63,501 nt of DNA, filler included, from Deltaproteobacteria bacterium (GCA_030698575.1; 8 parts of 8 records of this genome joined end to end with filler, not necessarily neighbours in it); one strand, 5' to 3'; shown: positions 19,830 through 28,735, counted from the whole stretch's first letter. The notes: generated by a model from the sequence alone, not told the origin. Numbers and translations: made by a program.

Positions 19830-20116
19830 CTGTGGCTGGCGAATTGCAATTTCTGACTGAACATCAGCGAATCGGTCGGGTTTCTCCGGCACGAGGCTTG
19901 GAACCTAGTTCCTTTTGGTAGGGGATTGTTGGTATCGAAGCAAAGTCCGAAGACAGCGAGAGTTTCGGACCCAGGTACGTTCCCTCCACCATGACCGAGC
20001 GAGACGCGCGTCTCGCAGAACTTCGAGCCCGTCGGACAGCCTCCGGCGGGCTCGCTTTCTATGCCCAGTTTCCGCCTTTATTTCGGGATGGCGGTGCGGC
20101 GGGCGGGATCCGCGCG
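19830..20116 (+). repeat. Structured dispersed repeat, copy D
   Basis: CTGTGGCTGGCGAATTGCAATTT..GTCCGAA..TTTCGGAC..TTCCCTCCACCA plus hairpins. Confidence 0.85.
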
Positions 20117-20301
20117 TGACTATTGCGAGTTGCTAATTGCGCCGACATCGGGAGGCGCGGGTGATAGTTCCACCTTCTCGCCTGACGATTCTCCACCGAA
20201 ATGGCTTGCCCTGAGCATACAAGCTTGAATTTCGTTCGCGCCGGGGACCTGTGATCGCGAGTATCGAGGCGACCTGGTCCCCGTCGAAAAGAAGTAGATG
20301 A

Positions 20302-20420
20302 TTGACGCGGAGGCTATCGCCGGCTACTGTACGTCATCTGATTGGTGCGTCCGACCCGGGCGCGCAGACGTACCGGAGACCAAATAAAGAGGGACCTGGC
20401 GCGTGTTCAGGTTCCTTTTA
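20302..20420 (+). promoter_or_regulatory. Promoter plus terminator-ended leader, copy 1
   Basis: TTGACG-N17-TACTGT; AGGGACCTG..CAGGTTCCTTTT. Confidence 0.65.
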
Positions 20421-20610
20421 TTCGTTGGGCGCGGTTCGCCGGGAAGAGCGCGGGAGGGGACCGTGCCAAGATAGGAACGGGATTGGGGCCAGCCTCGTGA
20501 ACGGGGATGGCCCCGACTCTTTATGAACTAAGCCGCACCATCCCGCACGGATGTTCTGGCATGTCGAACGACAACGTCCGTCCTTGAGCGCGCGCGCGGC
20601 TGGAGGGACT

Positions 20611-22905
20611 ATGAACCAGGTGACGACCGAGGGAGCGATCCGAAGAATTGCCGTGCTTGGCAACCACATGCCGCGGCAATGCGGGATCGCCACTTTCACG
20701 ACCGATCTGAGCAACGCGATCGCTTCCGAGTTCTCGGATTTGGATTGCTTCGTGCTGGCGATGAACGACTCCGGGACGCATCACGTCTACCCGTCCCGGG
20801 TTCGTTTCGAGGTTACTGAAAAGGATATCGCGGCGTACCGGCGGGCGGCGGACTTCTTGAACGTCAACACGGTTGACGTTGTGAGCGTGCAGCACGAGTA
20901 TGGAATCTTCGGTGGGAAAGCCGGCAGTCACGTCCTGGCGCTGCTGCGCGAGCTGCGGATGCCGATCGTGACGACGCTCCACACGATCCTAGGCGAGCCC
21001 AATTTACTGCAGCGACAAGCGATGGATGAGCTCTGTGAGCTCTCGGAACGCCTCGTCGTCATGAGCGCGCACGGGGCGGCGCTTCTTCGTGAGATTCACG
21101 GTGTTCCGGAGCACAAGATCGACCTGATTCCCCATGGCATTCCGAGCGTACCCTTCGAGAGCGGCAGTAAGGACAAACTCGGGGTCGAAGGCAAATCGGT
21201 CATTCTCACTCTCGGACTCCTCTCGCCGGACAAGGGGATCGAGCACGTCATCGATGCGCTCCCCGAGATCCTCGCGCGCTGCCCGGACACGGTCTACATC
21301 GTGTTGGGCGCCACCCATCCACATGTCAAGGAGCGTCACGGGGAGACCTACCGGCTCATGCTCGAGAACCGCGCCAAGAGCCTCGGCGTGGACTCCAGCA
21401 TGATCTTCCACAATCGTTTTGTGAGTCCGGATGAGCTCGCAGAGTTTCTCTCCGCCGCGGACATCTACATCACGCCCTATCTCCAACCGGATCAAATCAC
21501 ATCCGGAACGCTGGCCTACGCGGTGGGATCTGGCAGGGCCGTGATCTCGACTCCGTACCTGTACGCGCGCGAGTTACTCGCCGAGGGGCGCGGGATACTC
21601 GTTCCATGGAGAGACCCACAGGCTATCGCACGGGAGGTCATCGGCCTCCTTTGCAATGATGCCAAGCGGTTCGCCCTCCGCGAGCGCGCGGCGGCCCATG
21701 GCCGCGACATGCTGTGGCCTGCGGTCGCGCGCCGGTACGTGCAGAGTTTCGAGCAGGCGCGCGCCGAGCACGACGACCGCCGACGCACGTCCTTCCAGGC
21801 AAAGACGCTTGCGAAACGGCCCGCCGGGCTACCGGAGATCAATCTGGAGCACCTCCGCCTCATGACCGATGATACCGGCGTGCTGCAGCATGCGCTTTTC
21901 AGTATTCCACACTACGCCGAGGGCTATTGCCTCGATGACAACGCTCGCGCAGTACTCTTGATGGCGCTCGTCGAGGACGACGGCCTGGAGGACTTCAAGG
22001 CTGTGCGTGCGCTGGCGTCGCGCTACCTCGCCTTCGTGAGCCATGCTTTCAACGAGAAGACTGGACGGTTCCGAAACTTCCTGTCGTACTCCCGCCGATG
22101 GACGGAAAAGTGCGGATCGGAAGACAGCCATGGGCGCGCGCTCTGGGCATTGGGTGCGGTCGTCGGCCGCTCCAGCGATCCGGGAAGGCAGAGTCTTGGT
22201 GGCGATCTTTTCCATGCCGCATTGCCGGCGATCTCGAACTTCACGAGCCCGCGCGCGTGGGCATACGCGCTCCTGGGGATCGACGAATACCTTCGGGCCT
22301 TCGAGGGCGACAGCAACGTGCAGACGGTCCACAAGGTGCTCGCGGAGCGCCTCCTGGACCTCTTCCGGCGGTCAAGCGGGGACGATTGGCCGTGGTTCGA
22401 AGATCGCGTCACCTATTGCAACGCGCGGTTGTCACAAGCGCTCATCGTGTCGGGTTCCTGGCTCGATAACGAGGAAATGACAGCCGCTGGTATGCGATCG
22501 CTCGAATGGCTGGCCTCGATCCAGAGGTCGAAGGACAGCTACTTCGCCCCGATCGGTTCAAATGGCTTCTACAAGCGAGGTGAGCCGATCGCTTTGTTCG
22601 ACCAGCAACCCGTGGAGGCCTGTGGGATGGTCTCCGCCTGTCTCGATGCGTACCGCATGACGGAGGACAAACGCTGGTCCGAGCACGCGCGCCGCGCATT
22701 CAATTGGTTCCTCGGGCAGAACAATTTGCAACAATCGCTCTACGACGCGTCGACGGGTGGATGCCGTGACGGCCTACATCCCGATCGCACAAATGAGAAC
22801 CAGGGTGCGGAATCAACGCTGTCCTTCTTGCTCGCTCTTCTCGAAATGCGCTCGGCCGATCGCCCCGACGTGGCCAAGCCCGGTTCCCTGGAGCTCAGAT
22901 CATGA
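20611..22905 (+). CDS. GT4 glycosyltransferase fused to a six-hairpin glycosidase-like domain
   Basis: PRQCGIATFT, QHEYGIFGG, DKGIE, SGTLAYA; YCLDDNARA, FDQQP, NENQGAESTL. Confidence 0.9.
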   Translation: MNQVTTEGAIRRIAVLGNHMPRQCGIATFTTDLSNAIASEFSDLDCFVLAMNDSGTHHVYPSRVRFEVTEKDIAAYRRAADFLNVNTVDVVSVQHEYGIFGGKAGSHVLALLRELRMPIVTTLHTILGEPNLLQRQAMDELCELSERLVVMSAHGAALLREIHGVPEHKIDLIPHGIPSVPFESGSKDKLGVEGKSVILTLGLLSPDKGIEHVIDALPEILARCPDTVYIVLGATHPHVKERHGETYRLMLENRAKSLGVDSSMIFHNRFVSPDELAEFLSAADIYITPYLQPDQITSGTLAYAVGSGRAVISTPYLYARELLAEGRGILVPWRDPQAIAREVIGLLCNDAKRFALRERAAAHGRDMLWPAVARRYVQSFEQARAEHDDRRRTSFQAKTLAKRPAGLPEINLEHLRLMTDDTGVLQHALFSIPHYAEGYCLDDNARAVLLMALVEDDGLEDFKAVRALASRYLAFVSHAFNEKTGRFRNFLSYSRRWTEKCGSEDSHGRALWALGAVVGRSSDPGRQSLGGDLFHAALPAISNFTSPRAWAYALLGIDEYLRAFEGDSNVQTVHKVLAERLLDLFRRSSGDDWPWFEDRVTYCNARLSQALIVSGSWLDNEEMTAAGMRSLEWLASIQRSKDSYFAPIGSNGFYKRGEPIALFDQQPVEACGMVSACLDAYRMTEDKRWSEHARRAFNWFLGQNNLQQSLYDASTGGCRDGLHPDRTNENQGAESTLSFLLALLEMRSADRPDVAKPGSLELRS

Positions 22906-23855
22906 CGTCGAACAACGGATTCGAGGAACTTTTTCATCGACATGAGAAAAATCCGATCCTGACAGCCGCGGACTGGCCCTATCCGGTTCATACCGTCTTC
23001 AATGCCGGGGCCACGCGGCTCGACGACGGCACGACGCTGCTACTGTGCAGGGTCGAGGATCGCCGGGGCCATTCGCACCTGTGTGCCGCGCGATCGGCCA
23101 ACGGCGTCGACGGCTGGGTCATCGACAGGGAGCCGACGCTTCGGCCCGATATGAAGAACTACCCCGAGGAGATTTGGGGGATCGAGGACCCGCGAATCAC
23201 GTATGTTAACGAGCTTGGCAAGTACGCTATTGCGTATACGGCCTTCAGCCGGGGAGGGCCGGGCGTCGCGCTGGCGCTCACCGAGGACTTCCTGCATTTC
23301 GAACGCTGCGGACTGATCATGCAGCCCGAGGACAAGGACGCGGCCCTGCTCCCGCGCCGCATCGACGGGAATTTCGCGCTCATTCACCGTCCAGTGACGG
23401 ACTCGGGCGCGCACATCTGGATCTCGTACTCTCCGGATCTTCGAAATTGGGGAGGTCATAAACTGGTTCTGCAGGCCCGCCGGGGGGCCTGGTGGGACGC
23501 GAACAGGGTGGGGCTCTCTCCACCCTTGATCGAAACGCCCCGGGGGTGGCTGATGCTCTATCACGGCGTTCGTCAAACGCCGGGTGGGTGCCTGTATCGC
23601 CTCGGAGTCGCGTTGCTCGACCTGAACAAGCCGGAGCAATGCCTCCTGCGCGGCGAGCCGTGGATCTTCGGCCCCGAGGCCCCCTATGAGCGAAACGGAG
23701 ACGTTGGAGACGTCACATTCCCATGCGGTTACACGCTGGGTGACGACGGTGATCGAATCAATCTCTACTACGGCGCGGCTGACACCAGCGTGGCGCTTGC
23801 GACTGGGAGCATCCGCCAGCTGCTCAACTGGCTCGATGAGCACGGGATCGCGTAG
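22902..23855 (+). CDS. GH130 family glycosidase/phosphorylase
   Basis: VFNAGA, GIEDPRIT, DKDAAL, LIHRP, YYGAADT. Confidence 0.92.
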   Translation: MTSNNGFEELFHRHEKNPILTAADWPYPVHTVFNAGATRLDDGTTLLLCRVEDRRGHSHLCAARSANGVDGWVIDREPTLRPDMKNYPEEIWGIEDPRITYVNELGKYAIAYTAFSRGGPGVALALTEDFLHFERCGLIMQPEDKDAALLPRRIDGNFALIHRPVTDSGAHIWISYSPDLRNWGGHKLVLQARRGAWWDANRVGLSPPLIETPRGWLMLYHGVRQTPGGCLYRLGVALLDLNKPEQCLLRGEPWIFGPEAPYERNGDVGDVTFPCGYTLGDDGDRINLYYGAADTSVALATGSIRQLLNWLDEHGIA

Positions 23856-23889
23856 GCGCGGACACAACGCGGAGTCGGATTCATTGGAA

Positions 23890-24283
23890 CCTGTGGGTGG
23901 CGAATTACAATTTGTGGTTGATAAACAGCAATGCTTCCGGATTGTCCCGGAGGCCGTTCTGTCCGCCGCTTCCCCGCCATGAGGGCCCTGTTCGTCCTGC
24001 GGGGACACCTGCTGACGACGATCGCCAGGCACCTTCGCCCAGGTGGCAGGCGGGGTGGCCGCGCTCTCTCAGCTCCCGACGGCGGTGCCACTAGCAATTC
24101 GCTATACACACCTACGCGCCGCTCTCGCATCCGTTCGTTGAACGGCTGATCGGGACCACGCGCCGGGAGTTCCTGGACCACACATTATTCTGGAATGCGA
24201 GAGATTTGGAGAGGAAGCTGGGCGACTTCAAGGAGTATTATAATGAGGATCGCGTGAACGCGGCCCTCGGAGGCGACATTCCG
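23890..24283 (+). mobile_element. Internally deleted rve integrase-core IS remnant (its left end equals the repeat-family end, copy E)
   Basis: CCTGTGGGTGGCGAATTACAATTT end; N-terminal HLLTTIARHLRPGG (from 23979); C-terminal PYAPLSHPFVERLIGTTRREFLDHTLFWN..YYN (24110-24283). Confidence 0.75.
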
Positions 24284-24309
24284 CGTCCCGCGGCATTTAC
24301 GTGAATCGC

Positions 24310-25140
24310 TCAGTTCGCCTTCGCTTCGGCGGGAACGGGCACGTTGAGTCTGGCCAGTTCGGCGTTGATGACCTTGGCGAACTCCTCGAAGGGTTTCGCC
24401 CCGACAACGAGGCGCCCGTTGATGAAGAAACTCGGCGTCCCGGTTGCCTGGAACGACTGAGCTTCGGCCTTGTCCGCGTCGATAACTTTCTTGTTTTCGA
24501 GATCGAGAAGGTCTGCCTGAAATCTCTCCATATCCAGACCCAACTCCTGCGCATAGGTCTGCAGGTTTTCCTGCTTGAGGGCCTTCTGGTTGGCGAATAG
24601 TTTGTCGTGGTATTCCCAGAACTTATCCTGCTTGTGCGCCGCCAGTGCAGCCATGTGAGCGAGGGGCGCGTCCGCGTGGAAGTCCAGAGGATTGTGTTTC
24701 CAGGCGATCCGGACTTTGTCGCCGTAGATCTCCTCGACTTTTTTCAGGGTCGGACCGACCCTTGAGCAGAACGGACACTGGAAATCAGAGAACTCGGCGA
24801 TGGTAATGGGCGCGTTGGTCGGCCCTTTGGAAGGAGCCCCCGTGGTATTCACCTTGTAGACCCGATTGAGATCGGGGCCGGGGCGCGCTGGTTGCGCAGG
24901 CTGAGCCGCCACTTGTTCCACCTTGGCGGAGACCTGGCCGACCCGATTCTCAATTTGGGCTAACCGGGTATCCAGGGTGGTCTGGATCCGGCTGATCTCT
25001 CGCCAGTTCGAGAAAGAAATAATCAGCAACAACACGACCCCTGCCATGATGGCCGCGCGTAGTCCTTGGCCGCCCTGCTTGCCTGCTGGCTGTGGGGCCG
25101 CGCTCTCCTGTTTGTGCCCTTCCTTCCGATTTGCTGCCAT
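24310..25140 (-). CDS. DsbA family thioredoxin-fold protein
   Basis: EFSDFQCPFC, GTPSFFING, N-terminal TM. Confidence 0.92.
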   Translation of the reverse strand: MAANRKEGHKQESAAPQPAGKQGGQGLRAAIMAGVVLLLIISFSNWREISRIQTTLDTRLAQIENRVGQVSAKVEQVAAQPAQPARPGPDLNRVYKVNTTGAPSKGPTNAPITIAEFSDFQCPFCSRVGPTLKKVEEIYGDKVRIAWKHNPLDFHADAPLAHMAALAAHKQDKFWEYHDKLFANQKALKQENLQTYAQELGLDMERFQADLLDLENKKVIDADKAEAQSFQATGTPSFFINGRLVVGAKPFEEFAKVINAELARLNVPVPAEAKAN

Positions 25141-25208
25141 TCTTAGGCTACCTCCTCGTCAACGCATCTATCATACAGGAAACACCGGGGTTGTGTTCGA
25201 TTCCGCAT

Positions 25209-25563
25209 ATGGGCGGCGAATTGCAACTTCGTACCAGAAAACAGGTGTTTTGGAAAATTTGCCTGGTGGTGGTGACCGACACCAAGTCCGAGAAAAGAGA
25301 GGGTTTCGATCCAAGGTCCGTTCCCTCCGCGAAAACTCGACTTCGAACCCCAGTCCGAATCCCGAGAATCGCTTTCTCGGAGGGGGATTCTCTGAGAGCC
25401 TTTCGACGTCTGGTGTTCCCGCCACCATTTGAAACATCGCGGAAGTTCTCCGCGCGACGAGCCCTCCAGGCAATGCCTGGCGGGCCCGTTTTCTATGCTT
25501 TGTGGCTGGCGAATTCTACTTTACGGCTGAAAATGAACGATTCGGCTGGGTTTCTCGACAGGG
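25209..25563 (+). repeat. Structured dispersed repeat, copies F and G in tandem
   Basis: GGCGGCGAATTGCAA..GTTTCGATCC..TTCCCTCC..CCCGCCACCA, CGCGGAAGTTCTCCGCG hairpin, terminator-like hairpin; a new left end TGTGGCTGGCGAATT starts at 25501. Confidence 0.75.
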
Positions 25564-25637
25564 TTTTCTGCCTTGCGCTTCTCCGCTAGGAAGGACTTTG
25601 CGGTGGGTATTCGAGATACTGAAGCCAGCGTGAAGAA

Positions 25638-25904
25638 CTAGACGCCATACACAGGTGGCCCCAACGCTTTATCGCCAATAGCGAACACCGTATTAGTGGT
25701 CAGCTTGGTGACGTTATGGGCGGCCCGCCCTTCGGCGTCCTCCACAAGGTCAAACTCCACGCTCTCACCCTTGGCAAGCGACTTGAAGCCGTAACCATGG
25801 ATTTCGGAGTAGTGGACGAAAAGGTCCCTCTCTCCATTCCCTGGCGTGATGAGCCCGAAGCCCATGGTATCGTTGAACCACCTTACCGTTCCGATGAAAC
25901 GCAT
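25638..25904 (-). CDS. csp: Cold-shock protein with C-terminal extension
   Basis: GTVRWFN..GFGLI..DLFVHYS. Confidence 0.9.
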   Translation of the reverse strand: MRFIGTVRWFNDTMGFGLITPGNGERDLFVHYSEIHGYGFKSLAKGESVEFDLVEDAEGRAAHNVTKLTTNTVFAIGDKALGPPVYGV

Positions 25905-26045
25905 CGCGGTACTCCCATCATTGGTTTTCTAGGGGGTCTTCTCTAGTGTGCGGAAACGCCATTCTGCCGTTCCCAAGCTAATCGCAGATTCTGATCCCTG
26001 GACGGCATGTGATGACGCGTCCCCCCCAGTTCTCATCCCTCAAAA

Positions 26046-26175
26046 TACAGAAAGGGACCGGCCTCCGAGCCAGGTCCCTTTTCGTTCTCTGGTGCGGCAG
26101 CACGCTTAACCATAAGAACCGGCACGCCATTTATCGCTTGCGGTGATAAGTAGCCCGTTCCTCGCTGTGCGTCAA
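26046..26175 (-). promoter_or_regulatory. Promoter plus terminator-ended leader, copy 2
   Basis: Minus strand TTGACG-N17-TACTTA; GCTGCCGCACCAGAGAACGAAAAGGGACCTGGCTCGGAGGCCGGTCCCTTT. Confidence 0.7.
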
Positions 26176-26198
26176 TGTTCATCTCGCCGAGGGGAGGC

Positions 26199-26260
26199 GT
26201 GCGCATGGCGAATTCCAAATTTGCGCCTGAAGACATGCATTTGAGCAGGGTTGCTCCGGA
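26199..26260 (+). repeat. Structured repeat, left-end fragment (copy H)
   Basis: TGGCGAATTCCAAATTT..CTGAA..GGGTTGCTCCGG. Confidence 0.55.
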
Positions 26261-26400
26261 CTGCGGCGTGCCCTACGCTTTCCTTGGCGCCTGATTAGGA
26301 ATTCGCCATGGACCGGGCGCCGGCCTACTGGGACCCGATTGACCCAGATTTGAAAATCGTCAATGATTTCGTAGCAGGCGGATTCCTGGAGGTGGACGGT

Positions 26401-26652
26401 ATGGAAAAGCTTTCGTTCGTCGCCCTGACCGTGCTGCTGCTGAATCTGCCCTTCGGTTACTGGCGCGCAGGATCGCCCAAGTTTTCACGAAGCTGGTTTC
26501 TCGCCATACATATTCCCATCCCTTTCGTCATCCTGTTGCGCATAACAAGCGGACTCGGGTGGCAGCTGGTCAGCTTTCCCGTCGTGGTGGGCGCATTCTT
26601 CGTGGGGCAGTTACTGGGTGGCCAGATTCGAATGTGGCGCATGGGCAACTAG
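26401..26652 (+). CDS. Small conserved hypothetical membrane protein
   Basis: LNLPFGYWRA..KFS..WFLAIH; GGAGG RBS. Confidence 0.75.
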   Translation: MEKLSFVALTVLLLNLPFGYWRAGSPKFSRSWFLAIHIPIPFVILLRITSGLGWQLVSFPVVVGAFFVGQLLGGQIRMWRMGN

Positions 26653-26780
26653 ACACGAAGGACTCGGAGGACCGAGGAGGACACGTCGGGCGCTCATTGT
26701 GAGCGCGAGGTCCGAATGCGAAAATCCCTCATAACCTCAGCTCGGCCTATAACTTACCTAAGAACAAGAGAGTCGGCTCT

Positions 26781-27275
26781 ATGAAGCCAGCGGACACACA
26801 GGGGACCCCAGCCGATGCGCGCGCCCCAGCCGCGGAATCGGGGACTGAAGTCCTGACCGATGGCATCCTCCTCACTTTCAAGTTCGTGGAGACCCATCTG
26901 ATCGGAGAAGAGCGCCGCTTCTACAAGGAGCTGAAGCCGGGCGAGTACATCCCTCTTGAAAGCCTCATGCCGATCTGGGAAGCCCTGGTCGAGAGAATTC
27001 CGAAGGAGCTGAAGGCGGCGATCAAGGGAATGATCTTCCGCACCAAGAGCCTTCTGGCCGAGACGGGCGTACGGAGGCCTGCCGATGCCATGCGCGTCTC
27101 GAACGTGCTCTACCAGACGTTCAACCGCGGGCCGCGGCTAGGCGGGGTCGAGGCCGTTCTTCGCGCCTTCGGCGCCCGGGCCGTGCGCATCGAGCATCTG
27201 ACCCCCTGCCAGCGCCGGGGAGAGCGCTACTGCCGCTACCGGGGACGGTGGTCGGGCGTTAAACAATCGGCCTGA
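26781..27275 (+). CDS. Hypothetical protein with V4R-like C-terminus
   Basis: C-terminal CQRRGERYCRY..W. Confidence 0.5.
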   Translation: MKPADTQGTPADARAPAAESGTEVLTDGILLTFKFVETHLIGEERRFYKELKPGEYIPLESLMPIWEALVERIPKELKAAIKGMIFRTKSLLAETGVRRPADAMRVSNVLYQTFNRGPRLGGVEAVLRAFGARAVRIEHLTPCQRRGERYCRYRGRWSGVKQSA

Positions 27276-27342
27276 CCCCGACCGATCTCCCTCGAATCAC
27301 CCGAGCTGCCTGGATCCCCGGTTATCCGAAGCGCGCCGAGCA

Positions 27343-27369
27343 ATAAGTCAATAAGTCACGCCTGACCCC
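27343..27369. repeat. 27-bp dispersed REP-like repeat, copy 1
   Basis: ATAAGTCAATAAGTCACGCCTGACCCC, identical at 55277-55303. Confidence 0.8.
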
Positions 27370-28438
27370 GGATGAAAAGCAGGAAGCCCACAACGATCAA
27401 GACAGGCAGCAGGCGCCAAGGCTGCGGGATGGCTGGAACCTCGATCGGATTCTGTGTCAGTGTCTCGTTCTCGAAGAAGCTCCAAATCTCGATGGCGGTT
27501 TCGATGTCGTGGTTCTGCTTGCCGAAGATCTGTTCGATCTCCGGCGTGGCCTGGTGGCTGATGCTCGACGTGAGGTGGCCGGCCCCGTTGACCCTGTAGA
27601 ACGCCACCCGCTTTCCCCCGATCCCGCCTGTGTATAGATCGAACTCGACTACGCCGCCGTCGTTCGGATCCAGGTCCGGAAAGACGGTGTGCTGCGGCAT
27701 CGGAGTCGTCCCCAGCAAGCTCCGCCAGTAGTCGCGGGTCTGCTCCGCCGAGAGAACGCTCCCACGGTTTCCGATCACCTGCCCGCCTCCCCAGGGCATG
27801 TACACGTCGGCCGTACTGTTCATGATGAGCAGTGACGGGCGGTTGACGGGTAGCGGCACGCACTCGCTGTTCACGGGTTGATTGGCCACGATCCCGGCCA
27901 CCGCCGCGATCCGGTCCGACAGCTCGAAGGCGAGCCGATAGGACATCATCCCCCCGTTCGAGGGCCCCGTCGCGTAAACGCGCAGCGCGTCGATGTTGAA
28001 GTTCACCTCCATCCAATCGACTAGCGCACCGATAAAACCAACGTCGTCCGCGCCCGTCTCGGATACTCCCGCGTCGTTCCGGCAGTCGTTCCAATTGAAC
28101 TCGCCCATCGGTCCCGACAGGCCGGTCCCCGGAACGGTGCCGTTCGGCGCAACGATGATGAACTTGTGAGTGTCGGCGAGGCCGGCGAACCGGCTGAGGG
28201 CTCCGACCGTGACGTCGTCCTTGCTTCGACCGCCTCCGTGGAGAACCAGCAGGAGGGGGACGTGTGACGCCGGCAGGCCGAAGGGGAGGTAATAGTTGAA
28301 GTAGCGGGTCACGCCGGCGTGCTGCAGCGTGACGTTCTCCACGAGCGTTCCAAACTGGGCGAGAGCGGTCCTGGGAAGCAGGAGGGCGCCGGCGAACACA
28401 AGAGCCAGCGCGGGCATGAGGCGAGTCACAGCGGACAC
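27356..28438 (-). CDS. LpqC/PHB-depolymerase-like secreted esterase with C-terminal sorting signal
   Basis: LVLHGGG, DDVGFI, YATGPSNGGMM nucleophile elbow, AGH; C-terminal VPAI plus TM. Confidence 0.85.
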   Translation of the reverse strand: MSAVTRLMPALALVFAGALLLPRTALAQFGTLVENVTLQHAGVTRYFNYYLPFGLPASHVPLLLVLHGGGRSKDDVTVGALSRFAGLADTHKFIIVAPNGTVPGTGLSGPMGEFNWNDCRNDAGVSETGADDVGFIGALVDWMEVNFNIDALRVYATGPSNGGMMSYRLAFELSDRIAAVAGIVANQPVNSECVPLPVNRPSLLIMNSTADVYMPWGGGQVIGNRGSVLSAEQTRDYWRSLLGTTPMPQHTVFPDLDPNDGGVVEFDLYTGGIGGKRVAFYRVNGAGHLTSSISHQATPEIEQIFGKQNHDIETAIEIWSFFENETLTQNPIEVPAIPQPWRLLPVLIVVGFLLFIRGQA

Positions 28439-28614
28439 TCCAGGAACTCCGGGGACGGAGTCAGTCCGGGGAGGGGTATTCTATACCGATGGACTCGCTG
28501 AACGCCATTGATTTCAATGAAGTAGCAGAGCCCCACAGCGAACAGGGGGGAGACGATAAAGGCCTATGGGGGTTGAGTTTCGGGGCTTCGGGGCGCGCCC
28601 GGCAGCTATTTTTA

Positions 28615-28735
28615 TTGACGCGCCTGAAGCAGCATGCTACAAACCGGGCCTAGCAAGAGGCGCGCCGCTCGATTTGGCACGCTGCCGTACCAGTGAACGA
28701 TAAAGGGACCTGGCTCGGATGCAGGTTCCTTTTTG
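28615..28735 (+). promoter_or_regulatory. Promoter plus terminator-ended leader, copy 3
   Basis: TTGACG-N17-TACAAA; GCTGCCGTACCAGTGAACGATAAAGGGACCTGGCTCGGATGCAGGTTCCTTTTT. Confidence 0.7.

Noticed and set aside
16731-26260. Classical integron/attC array, or intact tRNA/tmRNA genes within the repeats
   Set aside because: No IntI and no attC R/L boxes recognised; no complete cloverleaf or tmRNA body, only degenerate 3'-end-like motifs.
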